Numbered from the stretch's first letter, positions 29,559-38,318 are shown. The stretch: 38,318 bases of DNA from Deferrisomatales bacterium (GCA_033551855.1 JAWSUI010000035.1:1-38318), one strand, 5' to 3'. Notes: generated from the letters alone by a model not told the origin. Program-made: numbers and translations.

Positions 29559-30992
29559 ATGGGCGACGTGCCCGTTCGCGAGACGCAGGAGCTCTCGGAC
29601 CGTGTCTGTTCCGGGAGCTGGACTTCAAGGGAGCGTGCCTTGTTCCAGGGGATCCGCTTCAAGCTCACGACCCTAACGTTTCTCCTCGTGGCCACCATCA
29701 CCACTGCGTCTTCGGTCGTCGCGATGAACGTCATGGACGAGTTCATCCTGGGCCAACTCGTGAGGCGGGGACTCGCTATCGGTCGAAGCGTGTCGAGCGC
29801 CGCGGCATACAGCTTCCTCGCCGGAGACCGGCTGGCGCTGGACAACCTGGTTTCAAAGGTCAGCGAGCAGCAGGATGACATCGTATTCGTGGCGGTGGTG
29901 GACCAGGGCGGCCGGCTCCGAGCCCACAGCGACCTCCGGCGCACCAACGAAGCCCTGGGGGAGGCCCAGGGCCGCCTGCTGGAGGCAGATCCGGACGGCT
30001 CCAGGGTCCTGCGGGTGCTGCGGGACGAGGGGCCGGCCTTCGACTTTCGGGTTCCGGTCTCTTTCGCCGGAAAGCACCTGGGTCAGGTCCACTTGGAGAT
30101 CGCCAACGACGCCTTGGTCACGGCCCAGTCCCGGGCAAGGACCAAGGTCTTCCTCGTCTCCGCGCTGGTCCTCGCCCTGGGAGTGACCGGCACCCTCCTG
30201 ATCTCCAGACTGGTCACCACGCCGATCAAGGTGCTGGCCCGGTGTGTTTCCGAGCTCTCGACGGGGCAGTACAAGGAGGAGATCCCCGTGCGGGCCCGGG
30301 ACGAGTTGGGCGAGCTGAGTCGCAGTTTCAACGAGATGGCGAGGCTCATCACGAAACAGCAGGGCAGCCTGCAGCAGTATGCCCGGGACCTGGAGGGGGC
30401 GTACGTGGGGACCGTCAAGGTCCTAGCCGCGGCAATCGAAGCCCGGGACCCCTACACCCTCGGCCATTCCGAGCGGGTGGCGACGCTGTCCGTGGCCATC
30501 GGCAGGGTCCTGGGCCTGGACGAGGCCGAGCTTCGGGACTTGGAGCTCGCGTGCCTGTTCCACGACGTGGGGAAGATCCGGACCCCCGACCAGGTCCTCC
30601 AGAAGCTAGCCCCTCTGAACGAGGAGGAACGGCGCGTCATCATGCGCCACCCCGAGGACGGAGCAGACGTCTTGCGCATCGTGGAGTCGCTCCACGGTCT
30701 CATCCCGGGCGTTCTCCACCACCACGAGTGGTACGACGGTAGCGGCTATCCGGAGGGGCTCTCGGGGGACCAGATCCCCCTCTTCGCCGCCATCATCGCC
30801 ATCGCCGACGCCTACGACGCCATGACCTCTTCGCGGTCCTACCGCGAAGCGCTGTCACCGGAGCAGGCCGCGGCGGAGCTGCTCGCGTATCGGGGAACCC
30901 AGTTCCACCCCCAGCTCACCGACCTGGTCCTGGAGATCCTGGAACGGGACGGGATCCTGGCGGGCGAGGAGCCGCTGGCGTGCCGGGCATGA
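29559..30992 (+). CDS. Membrane HAMP + HD-GYP cyclic dinucleotide phosphodiesterase
   Basis: Two TM segments with a periplasmic domain, HAMP (DELGELSRSFNEM), GHSERV, HDVGK, HHEWYDGSGYP, ADAYDAMTS. Confidence 0.92.
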   Translation: MGDVPVRETQELSDRVCSGSWTSRERALFQGIRFKLTTLTFLLVATITTASSVVAMNVMDEFILGQLVRRGLAIGRSVSSAAAYSFLAGDRLALDNLVSKVSEQQDDIVFVAVVDQGGRLRAHSDLRRTNEALGEAQGRLLEADPDGSRVLRVLRDEGPAFDFRVPVSFAGKHLGQVHLEIANDALVTAQSRARTKVFLVSALVLALGVTGTLLISRLVTTPIKVLARCVSELSTGQYKEEIPVRARDELGELSRSFNEMARLITKQQGSLQQYARDLEGAYVGTVKVLAAAIEARDPYTLGHSERVATLSVAIGRVLGLDEAELRDLELACLFHDVGKIRTPDQVLQKLAPLNEEERRVIMRHPEDGADVLRIVESLHGLIPGVLHHHEWYDGSGYPEGLSGDQIPLFAAIIAIADAYDAMTSSRSYREALSPEQAAAELLAYRGTQFHPQLTDLVLEILERDGILAGEEPLACRA

Positions 30993-31570
30993 GGACCCTC
31001 CCGCCGACCCTGGCCCTGATCGCCCTCCTGCTCGCGGCCTGTGCGCCCCTGGAGCGAATCCTGACCTACCGGGACGTCCTCCCGCCTGTCGGTGCGAAGG
31101 CGGCCACTGCGCCTGCGGATCCATCGGAAAGCCGGGAGGAACCCACGGCCCCTGCGCCCCGTGCCGCGCCCGAGCCCGAGCAGCGAGGTGACCTGCTCCA
31201 GGGAGAAGCCTCCTCGACGGCTCAACAGGCGAAGGCAGCGGCCCAGTCCCTGGGAGAGGGGGAGGAGCGGTACCGGGGCGGCGACTGGGCCGAGGCCGGT
31301 ACCCACTTCGGCCGCGCCTTGGAGCTTCTCCCGGCGGGGGAGGATTCCTTCGGGGACCCCGGCTGGACCCGGGACCGGGTGGAGGGCAGGATCCGGGACT
31401 GCTCGGAGAGGCTCATGGAGGTGGGCTTGTTGCGTTATCGGAGCGGGGACCTGGCAGGCGCGATCGACACCTGGCGCAAGATCCAGGCCTTCGACCCCTC
31501 CTTCGAAGACGCCCGCCGCGGCATCGAGACCGCCACGGCCCAGCAGAGAAACCTGGAGAAGATCAAGTAA
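30989..31570 (+). CDS. Lipoprotein with TPR-like C-terminus
   Basis: Lipobox LLAAC; TPR-like helices; ATGA overlap with the HD-GYP gene. Confidence 0.8.
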   Translation: MRTLPPTLALIALLLAACAPLERILTYRDVLPPVGAKAATAPADPSESREEPTAPAPRAAPEPEQRGDLLQGEASSTAQQAKAAAQSLGEGEERYRGGDWAEAGTHFGRALELLPAGEDSFGDPGWTRDRVEGRIRDCSERLMEVGLLRYRSGDLAGAIDTWRKIQAFDPSFEDARRGIETATAQQRNLEKIK

Positions 31571-31602
31571 CGTCCGCCCGGAAAAACCCTGAAGGTGTCC
31601 TA

Positions 31603-31854
31603 TCAAGCGTCCAGTTCGCGCTCTTGTCGTGAGGCCGCCGCTATCGCTCCGGCAGTCTGAAAGCCCACCTGAAACCCTACGGTAGGCTCGGCTACGTAGT
31701 TGAGTTTTTCAAACCCAATAACGCGGCCCGCCTTGTCTTTGATTAGTATGACTTCCTCGCCTGTCTCTTCGCAGACGCATTCGTCGGCGGGATTGCCAAA
31801 CCACACGGTCAAAGTGTTTCCGATTTCGTCGTATAGGACCTTTACCTCGGCCAT
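31603..31854 (-). CDS. DUF2283-like small protein (putative antitoxin)
   Basis: VLYDEIGNTLTVWF...VILIKDKAGRVIGFE pattern; lower GC. Confidence 0.8.
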   Translation of the reverse strand: MAEVKVLYDEIGNTLTVWFGNPADECVCEETGEEVILIKDKAGRVIGFEKLNYVAEPTVGFQVGFQTAGAIAAASRQERELDA

Positions 31855-31951
31855 ATTCGCTCACCTTCCTTCACCACGTCCGTCGGGTACGTGGTAACGA
31901 GGAATCCTTCTCCATTCAGGCGCCTGGCGACGGCGCATACCCATCGACTCC
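31842..31951 (-). pseudogene. C-terminal remnant of the partner toxin (DUF4258/RelE-like)
   Basis: Translates as RWVCAVARRLNGEGFLVTTYPTDVVKEGERIWPR*, overlapping the DUF2283 start; N-terminus missing. Confidence 0.65.
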
Positions 31952-31986
31952 GGGAGCAGCCGCTGGATTTCCGGACGGACCCGCCC

Positions 31987-32421
31987 CTACGGGGAGGTGA
32001 GTGAGGCGGCGCCCTCCGGCCAGACGCGCCTGAAGTGCTCGAGGTTCAGCGTGAGAAGGCGATCAGCCCCGGCCTTCTCTGCCGCCCGGGCGATGAGACC
32101 GTCATAGACCGCACCGCCCGCCACCGCCAGGTCTGCCCAACGGCGAAGGAGCGCTCCGTAGTCCGCGGCGTCCAGGGCAACGACCAGCGCCCGGGAGGCG
32201 ACGTTCGCCTCCACCAGACGGGCCGCCACCGCCGGAGAGATTCGCGGTGCCGTCGGCAGGCGGGTCAGGGTCGCGTACAGTTCGGCGAGGGTATGGGCGG
32301 CCACCAGGAATCCGAGCTCCCCGGAGTGGGCTCGCCGCAGCCAGGGCAGCGCTCGCCGATGGCTGGGATGGCCCTGCACCATGGCCGCGACCAGGACGGA
32401 GGTGTCAAAGAGGACCTTCAC
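31987..32421 (-). CDS. vapC: PIN-domain toxin (VapC family)
   Basis: FDTSVLV, TLAELYA, VYDGLIA, LLTLN..HF. Confidence 0.9.
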   Translation of the reverse strand: MKVLFDTSVLVAAMVQGHPSHRRALPWLRRAHSGELGFLVAAHTLAELYATLTRLPTAPRISPAVAARLVEANVASRALVVALDAADYGALLRRWADLAVAGGAVYDGLIARAAEKAGADRLLTLNLEHFRRVWPEGAASLTSP

Positions 32422-32678
32422 CGCGCCGGTTCCACGGCCAGATCGGAGAGCCGCGCCTCCCGCGCCTCGTCGACCGCCCCCGCAAGATCGCCCACGGCGC
32501 GCCCCCGGAACACCAGGACTCCCCCTTCATCGCCGAGCGGCTCTTCCGTCAGGGGCGTGAGGCTCACGGCGCGTCCCCGCTCCTCCACGATCAGGACGGT
32601 TCCCGGGCCGAGCCCCAGAGCGTCGCGCACCCGCTTCGGGATGACCACCCGGCCGAAACGGTCCACCCTCGTTTCCAT
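32418..32678 (-). CDS. AbrB/MazE/SpoVT-family antitoxin (VapB-like)
   Basis: VDRFGRVVIPKRVRDALGL; stop overlaps the vapC start (GTGA). Confidence 0.88.
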   Translation of the reverse strand: METRVDRFGRVVIPKRVRDALGLGPGTVLIVEERGRAVSLTPLTEEPLGDEGGVLVFRGRAVGDLAGAVDEAREARLSDLAVEPAR

Positions 32679-32693
32679 GGCACCCTCCTGTCC

Positions 32694-32720
32694 TTGCCAA
32701 CCTAGCACCGGAAATGGCAA
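32694..32720. promoter_or_regulatory. Inverted repeat, likely TA autoregulatory operator
   Basis: TTGCCA-N15-TGGCAA overlapping a TG-TAGGTT -10 on the minus strand, just upstream of the antitoxin RBS. Confidence 0.55.
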
Positions 32721-32803
32721 TCCAGCAAGCGGGGCCGCCAACACCCCTCATGTTTCGGAGCTTCCGGATTTTCTATGGTGCGAGGAACAATCGTGTTCTC
32801 GCG

Positions 32804-33062
32804 CGGAGGCGCCGGTTTTCTTGGACACGGATTTCCGGCAAGGAACTGTGTGACCAAGGAGGCTGACGACATGAGAGAAGAGAGCAAGACTGAGGAAGGG
32901 GGCGCCGGGGGAACGCAGGGAGGCCGTACGCCGACCGGAGTGAGCCCGGCGAGCTGCGCGGCGGTGGTGGTTCCCCTGGCGCCGGGGCAACGCTGGAGCG
33001 TGGCGCGCAAGCGGGAGGTGGCCCTGCGGTTGCTGCGGGGAGAGTCGGTGGACGCTCTCTCG
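32804..33062 (+). mobile_element. Truncated IS3-family element (left end plus start of orfA)
   Basis: End-like sequence GGAGGCGCCGGTTTTCTTGGACAC; AAGGAGG then ATG at 32871; RWSVARKREVALRLLRGESVDALS HTH start, then loss of similarity. Confidence 0.65.
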
Positions 33063-33178
33063 CCCACCGGACAGCTCCTGGACAGCTCTCCCCGACTACA
33101 GACACGAAAAAAGGCACCCTGTGACCACGATCTCAATCGGGTTCCCCCAGACCCAGCTCATCCGGCGTCGGTCCCATT

Positions 33179-33298
33179 GCGCCCCCTTACATCGACGCGT
33201 ACACGCTTCGCTGTTCCCGCAAACTCGAGCAGGGTTGGGCCAAGGCGTCGCACTCGGCCTCGCACACCTCCCTCCGGAACGTTTCGGACGGCTCGTCA
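33179..33298 (-). repeat. Decayed duplicate of the hsdR 3' end
   Basis: Colinear with 34231-34358: GTACACGCT.CGCTG, ACTCGA.CA, GC.TCGCACT.GGCC, GCTCGTC. Encodes ...QRSVYASM* versus ...QRSVYPAAM*. Confidence 0.8.
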
Positions 33299-34204
33299 GA
33301 CTACCTCGAAGTAGTCCGTATCCATTCTCTTCAGCTCGAACGTCTTCACTGTCGAGACACCGACTCCGTGGTCGATCATCAACTCGGCCATCTTGCGTCC
33401 GTCGATCAGGATGACCTTGGGGTCGATGTTCTCCACGTACCGGACGGCCTCTTGAGAGAACGTCCCTGTGGTGATGAACACACCCTTCTTTGCCCGGCGC
33501 CCGTGCAAGGCCCCCACGAACTTCTGCAGGTCGGGCCGTCCCACGGAACCCTGCCACCGCTTGGCCTGTAGGTAGATGACGTCGAGGCCCAGTTTGTCTT
33601 CGTTGATGATCCCGTCGATCCCCTCGTCACCTGACCTGCCAAGGGATTTCCCTGCGTCCGCCCGGGAGCCGCCGTACCCCATGGACAACATCAGGTCGAT
33701 GACCAGGTCCTCGAAGAACTTGGGGCTGTTGCCGCTGACCTTGGTGAGGAGGGCATTGGCCAGGTCGGCGCGGATGCTTTCGTAGGCGCTCTGGAGAGAC
33801 TCCTCTGGGGTCTCGGCCTCTGTCCCCCTATCTTGGCCTTGGTCGCCTCCCTTCTTGCCGCTGCTCGTGCGGAACTCGCGGAACTCTGGGTACTGGTTCA
33901 AGACCTTGATGTCGATTCGGTTGTGCCCCTGCGCCAGTAGTTCCCTGCCCCGGTCGGTGATCTGGAAGCATCCCCGTTTTGGGGAGGTCAGGACTCCAGC
34001 CTGGACGAAGAAGCTCTTGGCCCAGGCCACGCGGTTATCGAAGCGCCTCTCGGACCCGCTTGGCAGCATCTCCGACAGGTCCTCTTCCGAGAGCCGCATC
34101 TGTTTTGCGATCCGCTCCCGCGCCTCTCGCACCGTGTGTTCTGCGCCGTCCGCGGCGATGTCGAGCAGTGGCTTGAAGAACGACTGGAAATCTGGGATTG
34201 CCAT
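33296..34204 (-). CDS. mrr: Mrr-family type IV restriction endonuclease
   Basis: MAIPDFQ N-terminal domain, NRVAWA, FFEDLV, DEGIDG, YLQAKRW, KGVFITT. Confidence 0.93.
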   Translation of the reverse strand: MAIPDFQSFFKPLLDIAADGAEHTVREARERIAKQMRLSEEDLSEMLPSGSERRFDNRVAWAKSFFVQAGVLTSPKRGCFQITDRGRELLAQGHNRIDIKVLNQYPEFREFRTSSGKKGGDQGQDRGTEAETPEESLQSAYESIRADLANALLTKVSGNSPKFFEDLVIDLMLSMGYGGSRADAGKSLGRSGDEGIDGIINEDKLGLDVIYLQAKRWQGSVGRPDLQKFVGALHGRRAKKGVFITTGTFSQEAVRYVENIDPKVILIDGRKMAELMIDHGVGVSTVKTFELKRMDTDYFEVV

Positions 34205-34237
34205 CACGCACCCCCTGGCTCGGTTCTTTGGCACCCC

Positions 34238-37200
34238 CTACATGGCCGCCGGGTACACGCTCCGCTGGTCCCCGTAGTACGACTCGAACACGTGCTGGTA
34301 CACCGCATCGCACTTGGCCCGGTAGACGTCGGTGGTGAACCGCTCCGGCAGCTCGTCCAGCTTCTCCTCGATGGCCAAGCGCACCGCCGCCCGGGTCGCC
34401 TGTTTCTTGCGCCAGTCGAGGAAGAGCTTCTCCCGCTTCAAGGTCGCCAGCAGGTCCTTGGCAACCTTCTTCACCTGAATCTCTTCCTTACCCGTCAGCC
34501 GGATGTCGGGCTTGGTAATCAGGTCGAAGACCGCCAGTTCCTCCTCGGTGAGCTTCTCGGAGACCGCCCGTTTCTCCTCCTGCCGCAGCTCCCCGGCAAA
34601 CGCCACCAGCCGCCGGAAGAACTCCTCCACGTTCACCGCCCCGCTGTTGTACTCGTCGATCATCTCCTGGAACTTGGCCAGGTAGTCCAGGCGGGTCTTG
34701 TTCAGCTTCACCATCTTGGTCAGGGCGGCGTTGATGGCAGCTCGGAGCCGCTCCACCTCCATCCGCTTCCGGCTCTTCGCGAACTGCTTCTTCAGGGCCT
34801 CGAAGTCGATCTGGCTCAGGTCCACCAGGTGGGCCGTCCCGTAGCCCACCACCGGCTCCCGGATGATGTAGCTCTTGGTCGCCACCGAGGCGTCGAGCAG
34901 GTCCCCCACCTGGTCCATGACCCCAGAGATGTCCACCTCTCGCTTCGTCAGCGACTCGATCTTGAGCTGCATCGCCCGAAAGAGCGCCGCCACCGCCACG
35001 AACTCGTTCGCGGACTTGTCGGGCAAGATTGCCTTGAAGATCCGAGCCGTCGCCCCGGCCATGTTCACGAATCGCCTCCGGGTGGCGTCGTTGACCAGGA
35101 TCGCATCCACGGCGTCATCGAGGAGCTTCACCCTCTGGAAACCCGTCGCCCCCAGGATGCCCCCCACGTCCACCCCCAGCTCCGCCAAGAACGCGGTCGT
35201 CTGGACCACCGCCTCGCGCAGCATCTCCACCAGCTCGGCCTTGTCCTGCACCGGCTCCCGTCCCCCCTGCGCCCCGCCTTTGCCGTAGATCGCCAGGGCC
35301 TTCTGGAGGCTCCGGAACACCCCCACGTAGTCCACGATGAGGCCGTTCACCTTCTCCCCGAACACGCGGTTCGCCCGGGCGATGGTCTGCATCAGCGTGT
35401 GATTGCGCATGGGCTTGTCGAGGTAGATCGTCGAGCAGGAGGGCACGTCGAAGCCCGTCATCCACATGGCGCACACGAACACCAGCCGGAAGGGGTTCTC
35501 GGGGTCCTTGAACTTCGTGTCCAGGTCCTCCGTCACCATCCGCTTCCGGTGGGGGGCGATGTCCACCCCCTTCTTCCGCATCTCCTCGATCTCGTTCTGC
35601 CCGGCCGAGACCACCACCGCCATGTCGGTCCCCGCCAGGTAGGCGATCTTGTCCCGCAGCTCGTCCCGTGCCGTATCCTCCTCCGCGATCTCCAGAAGCT
35701 CCCGCAGATGGGTGAGCTTTCGCGCCCAGTGCGCCTTCACCTTGTCGTACATCTTCACCGCGGTGGCCTTGTCGATGGAGACCACCATGGCCTTCCCGCG
35801 AAAGCCCCGCTCCGTGAAGTGCTCCACGATGTCCTGGGCCACCCGCTCCAGCCGCTCGTCCCGGGTGATCAGGTGGTACTCCCGGGCGAACTCCCGCTCC
35901 AGCTTCTTCTCCTGGTCCTCGTCCAGCTCCGCTTCCTCCAGGATGCGCTCCATGCCCTCCTGGAAGGCCGCTTCGTCCGTGAGCTGAAGCTCGGGGATGC
36001 GGTTCTCGTAGAACAGGGGCACCGTGGCCCCGTCCTCGATCGACTGCTTGAAGTCGTAGACGGAGATGTAGTCGCCGAAGACCTCGCGGGTCTTCTCCTC
36101 CCCGATGATCAGGGGGGTTCCCGTAAAGGCCAGGAAGGCCGCCCGGGGCAGCGCGTTTCGCATGTTCAGGGCCAGGGTGTCGTACTGGCTCCGGTGCGCC
36201 TCGTCCGTGATGACGATGATGTCGTCCCGGTCCGAGAGCACCGGGTGGGGCGACCCGTCATCCGTGCGGAACTTGTGGATCAGCGTGAAGACGAACCGGT
36301 GGTCCTCTTTGAGCAGCCGCCGCAGGTCCTTCGCGCTCTCCGCCTGGCAGTGCCCCTCCGTGATGGCGCCGCAGTCGGCGAAGTTCTTGTAGATCTGGTC
36401 GTCCAGCTCCCGGCGGTCCGTCACGACCACGAAGGTCCAGTTGCCGGGCATCTTCCGCAGCACCTTCTGCGAGAAGAAAATCATCGAAACCGACTTGCCG
36501 CTCCCCTGGGTGTGCCAGAAGACGCCGAGCTTCCCTCCCCGCGCCTGGATCTCCTGAAGGGCGGCGATGGCGTTGGTCACCCCGAGGAACTGGTGGTTCT
36601 TCGCTCCCAGCTTGATGAGCCCCCCCGGAATCTCCATGAAGAGGACGAAGTTCTCCGCCAGGTCCAGGAGCCGCGCCGGTTGGCAGGTGCCGCGAATCAC
36701 CGTCTCCAGCGAGATGACCCCCTGCTCCTCCTCGCTGCCCACCTTCTTCCACTCGTTGAAGTGCTCCCAGGCCGAGGTCACCGTGCCCACCTTCGTCTCG
36801 CTTCCGTTCGAGAGCACGATGAGCGTGTTGTACCAGAAGAGGTGGGGGACCGTGTCCTTGTAGTCCGTCAGGTTCCCCGTGTACGCGGCCTGAAGCTGGG
36901 TGTGACTCGCCTTCAGCTCGATGAAGAGCAGCGGGATGCCGTTCACGAACCCCACCAGGTCCGCCCGGCGGGTGTACATCTCCCCGGCCACCCAGAACTG
37001 CGACACCACCAGGAAGTCGTTCTCCCCAACCGCCGACCAGTCGATCAGCCGCACCGTCTCCGCCTGGTCCCCGTCCCCCTCCGGATCGGGGATGCGCACC
37101 GGCACCCCCTGTTTCAGTAGCTGGTACACGTCCCGGTTCGCCGCCGCCCGGCTCATGCGGGAGCGGTCGCGCAGCAGCTCCTCCACGGCCAGGTCGAAGG

Positions 37201-37405
37201 CCTCTTCGGGCAGTTGGGGGTTGAGCTTTCGAAGGGCGGGGCGAAGGCGAGAGAGCAGGACCACCTCGCCGGAGTTCTCCCGGCCAAGCGTCCCGGCGGC
37301 GCCGAAAGTCTCATTCTGGGCCTTCACCGTGTGCCACCCCAGCTCACCGAAGAGGCCCAGCGCGGCCTCCTCGATGTGGCACTCGGCGAAGCCCGTCGGG
37401 GTCAT
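34238..37405 (-). CDS. hsdR: Type I restriction enzyme R subunit
   Basis: RADLVGFVNGIPLLFIELK nuclease motif, WHTQGSGKS, DEAHRSQY, FTGTP, TGFDVP, QTIARANR. Confidence 0.96.
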   Translation of the reverse strand: MTPTGFAECHIEEAALGLFGELGWHTVKAQNETFGAAGTLGRENSGEVVLLSRLRPALRKLNPQLPEEAFDLAVEELLRDRSRMSRAAANRDVYQLLKQGVPVRIPDPEGDGDQAETVRLIDWSAVGENDFLVVSQFWVAGEMYTRRADLVGFVNGIPLLFIELKASHTQLQAAYTGNLTDYKDTVPHLFWYNTLIVLSNGSETKVGTVTSAWEHFNEWKKVGSEEEQGVISLETVIRGTCQPARLLDLAENFVLFMEIPGGLIKLGAKNHQFLGVTNAIAALQEIQARGGKLGVFWHTQGSGKSVSMIFFSQKVLRKMPGNWTFVVVTDRRELDDQIYKNFADCGAITEGHCQAESAKDLRRLLKEDHRFVFTLIHKFRTDDGSPHPVLSDRDDIIVITDEAHRSQYDTLALNMRNALPRAAFLAFTGTPLIIGEEKTREVFGDYISVYDFKQSIEDGATVPLFYENRIPELQLTDEAAFQEGMERILEEAELDEDQEKKLEREFAREYHLITRDERLERVAQDIVEHFTERGFRGKAMVVSIDKATAVKMYDKVKAHWARKLTHLRELLEIAEEDTARDELRDKIAYLAGTDMAVVVSAGQNEIEEMRKKGVDIAPHRKRMVTEDLDTKFKDPENPFRLVFVCAMWMTGFDVPSCSTIYLDKPMRNHTLMQTIARANRVFGEKVNGLIVDYVGVFRSLQKALAIYGKGGAQGGREPVQDKAELVEMLREAVVQTTAFLAELGVDVGGILGATGFQRVKLLDDAVDAILVNDATRRRFVNMAGATARIFKAILPDKSANEFVAVAALFRAMQLKIESLTKREVDISGVMDQVGDLLDASVATKSYIIREPVVGYGTAHLVDLSQIDFEALKKQFAKSRKRMEVERLRAAINAALTKMVKLNKTRLDYLAKFQEMIDEYNSGAVNVEEFFRRLVAFAGELRQEEKRAVSEKLTEEELAVFDLITKPDIRLTGKEEIQVKKVAKDLLATLKREKLFLDWRKKQATRAAVRLAIEEKLDELPERFTTDVYRAKCDAVYQHVFESYYGDQRSVYPAAM

Positions 37406-38274
37406 GCGGCCGCCTCTCCGATGTCGATGTCCAGCTCGGAGACGTCGAGCTGACCAGAGATGAGCTTTGGAAGGAGGAGATCGCGGGTTTGGCGGAGGAC
37501 GGTGTTCTTGTCTTCGAGGGCAACTGCCAAGCTCCTTACCGGAGAGACGAGCCCCTCAAAATCCTTCTGGAGACGCGGAATCGGAATCAAGAGGGGTGTG
37601 TCAACGATCGACGCTCTGCCCAGTTCGGTCTGGCCTGTGGCGCCCTTTGCCTGGCTCTCGAAGTAGCTCTCCAATCCCATCATCTGCAACCCGAACAGGT
37701 GCCTCTCAATCGTGTCCGGGCGAACGATCGTAACGTGGGTGTCCACGGTTGTGTCGTCGTATTGTCGCAGTACCTGGGCCAAGCGCCCCAAGGTTCCTAC
37801 ACCTGTCGAGTTGACGAGAACATCCCCCCACCTCACCATCTTGTCTTTGGGGACCGCGTTTGTGTGCCTTCTGCTCGGCGAGAGGTCGACCCTTCCGTTT
37901 CGAATGCACTTTTGATTGATCACGACGCTCTTGGATTCGTCGCTGTACCGAGGTGAAATCCCCCGTTTCACGAGAGAGCAAACCTCTCCCACCTTCTTCA
38001 CCTCCCACCCCTCCGGCATCATCCCCAGCGGCGACTCCACCAACTTCACCTTCTGGTGGCCAGGGAACCGGAACTTGACGAACCACTCCCGATAGATGAG
38101 CTGGGCCATGTCCTCCAAGATGCGAATGCGCCGCAGGTTGTTCTCGATCAGGTCGTCGTAGGCGGAAAGGATGGAGGCGATCTTGCGTTGAACTCCGAGG
38201 GGTGGAACTGGCGCGGGATACGACGTCAGGACCTGGGCGTTTGCGTTAGGCTGTGCCGCGCCTCCAGCAATTCC
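37402..38274 (-). CDS. hsdS: Type I R-M specificity subunit, 5'-interrupted (end of TRD1, central repeat, TRD2)
   Basis: QRKIASILSAYDDLIENNLRRIRILE, PEGWE, TRDLLLPKLISG; in-frame TGA at 38301-38299 upstream; TRD2 has lower GC. Confidence 0.88.
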   Translation of the reverse strand, partial: GIAGGAAQPNANAQVLTSYPAPVPPLGVQRKIASILSAYDDLIENNLRRIRILEDMAQLIYREWFVKFRFPGHQKVKLVESPLGMMPEGWEVKKVGEVCSLVKRGISPRYSDESKSVVINQKCIRNGRVDLSPSRRHTNAVPKDKMVRWGDVLVNSTGVGTLGRLAQVLRQYDDTTVDTHVTIVRPDTIERHLFGLQMMGLESYFESQAKGATGQTELGRASIVDTPLLIPIPRLQKDFEGLVSPVRSLAVALEDKNTVLRQTRDLLLPKLISGQLDVSELDIDIGEAAA

Positions 38275-38275
38275 C

Positions 38276-38318
38276 GCTGCCTCCCCGAAACGTCCTGTTC
38301 AGGTTTGAGACAGGGGGA
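38276..38318. mobile_element. Probable end of an element interrupting hsdS (family not identified)
   Basis: The HsdS reading frame meets a stop 8 codons beyond the last recognisable residue, at the window edge. Confidence 0.4.

Noticed and set aside
34136..37120. 994-aa plus-strand ORF
   Set aside because: Antisense shadow of hsdR, as expected from GC3-rich codon usage; no motifs.

Overview
GC-rich bacterial chromosome segment, most like a deltaproteobacterial-type anaerobe (inferred from gene content and order). Bases 1-29260 are mostly core genes: priA, dksA, moaC, a MenK/MqnK-like radical SAM enzyme, suhB, a DEAD-box helicase, rdgB-rph-amidase, dnaJ plus a MerR regulator, comEC, hisS-aspS and rrf2-gap-pgk-tpiA-secG-tRNA-Leu(GAG). 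After the tRNA comes an accessory/defence region: HD-GYP phosphodiesterase, TPR lipoprotein, stacked toxin-antitoxin modules, an IS3 remnant, mrr, hsdR and an interrupted hsdS. The main unexplained signals are: (1) a dispersed ~160-200 bp repeat in four copies, three of which end 16-17 bp upstream of a TTGAC -35 box of a well-spaced sigma70 promoter; (2) a ~245 nt, apparently multi-helix RNA between one of those promoters and the menK-like gene; (3) mrr flanked by the real hsdR 3' end and a decayed copy of it, suggesting cassette capture. All calls come from reading the sequence by eye; no searches or folding programs were run.
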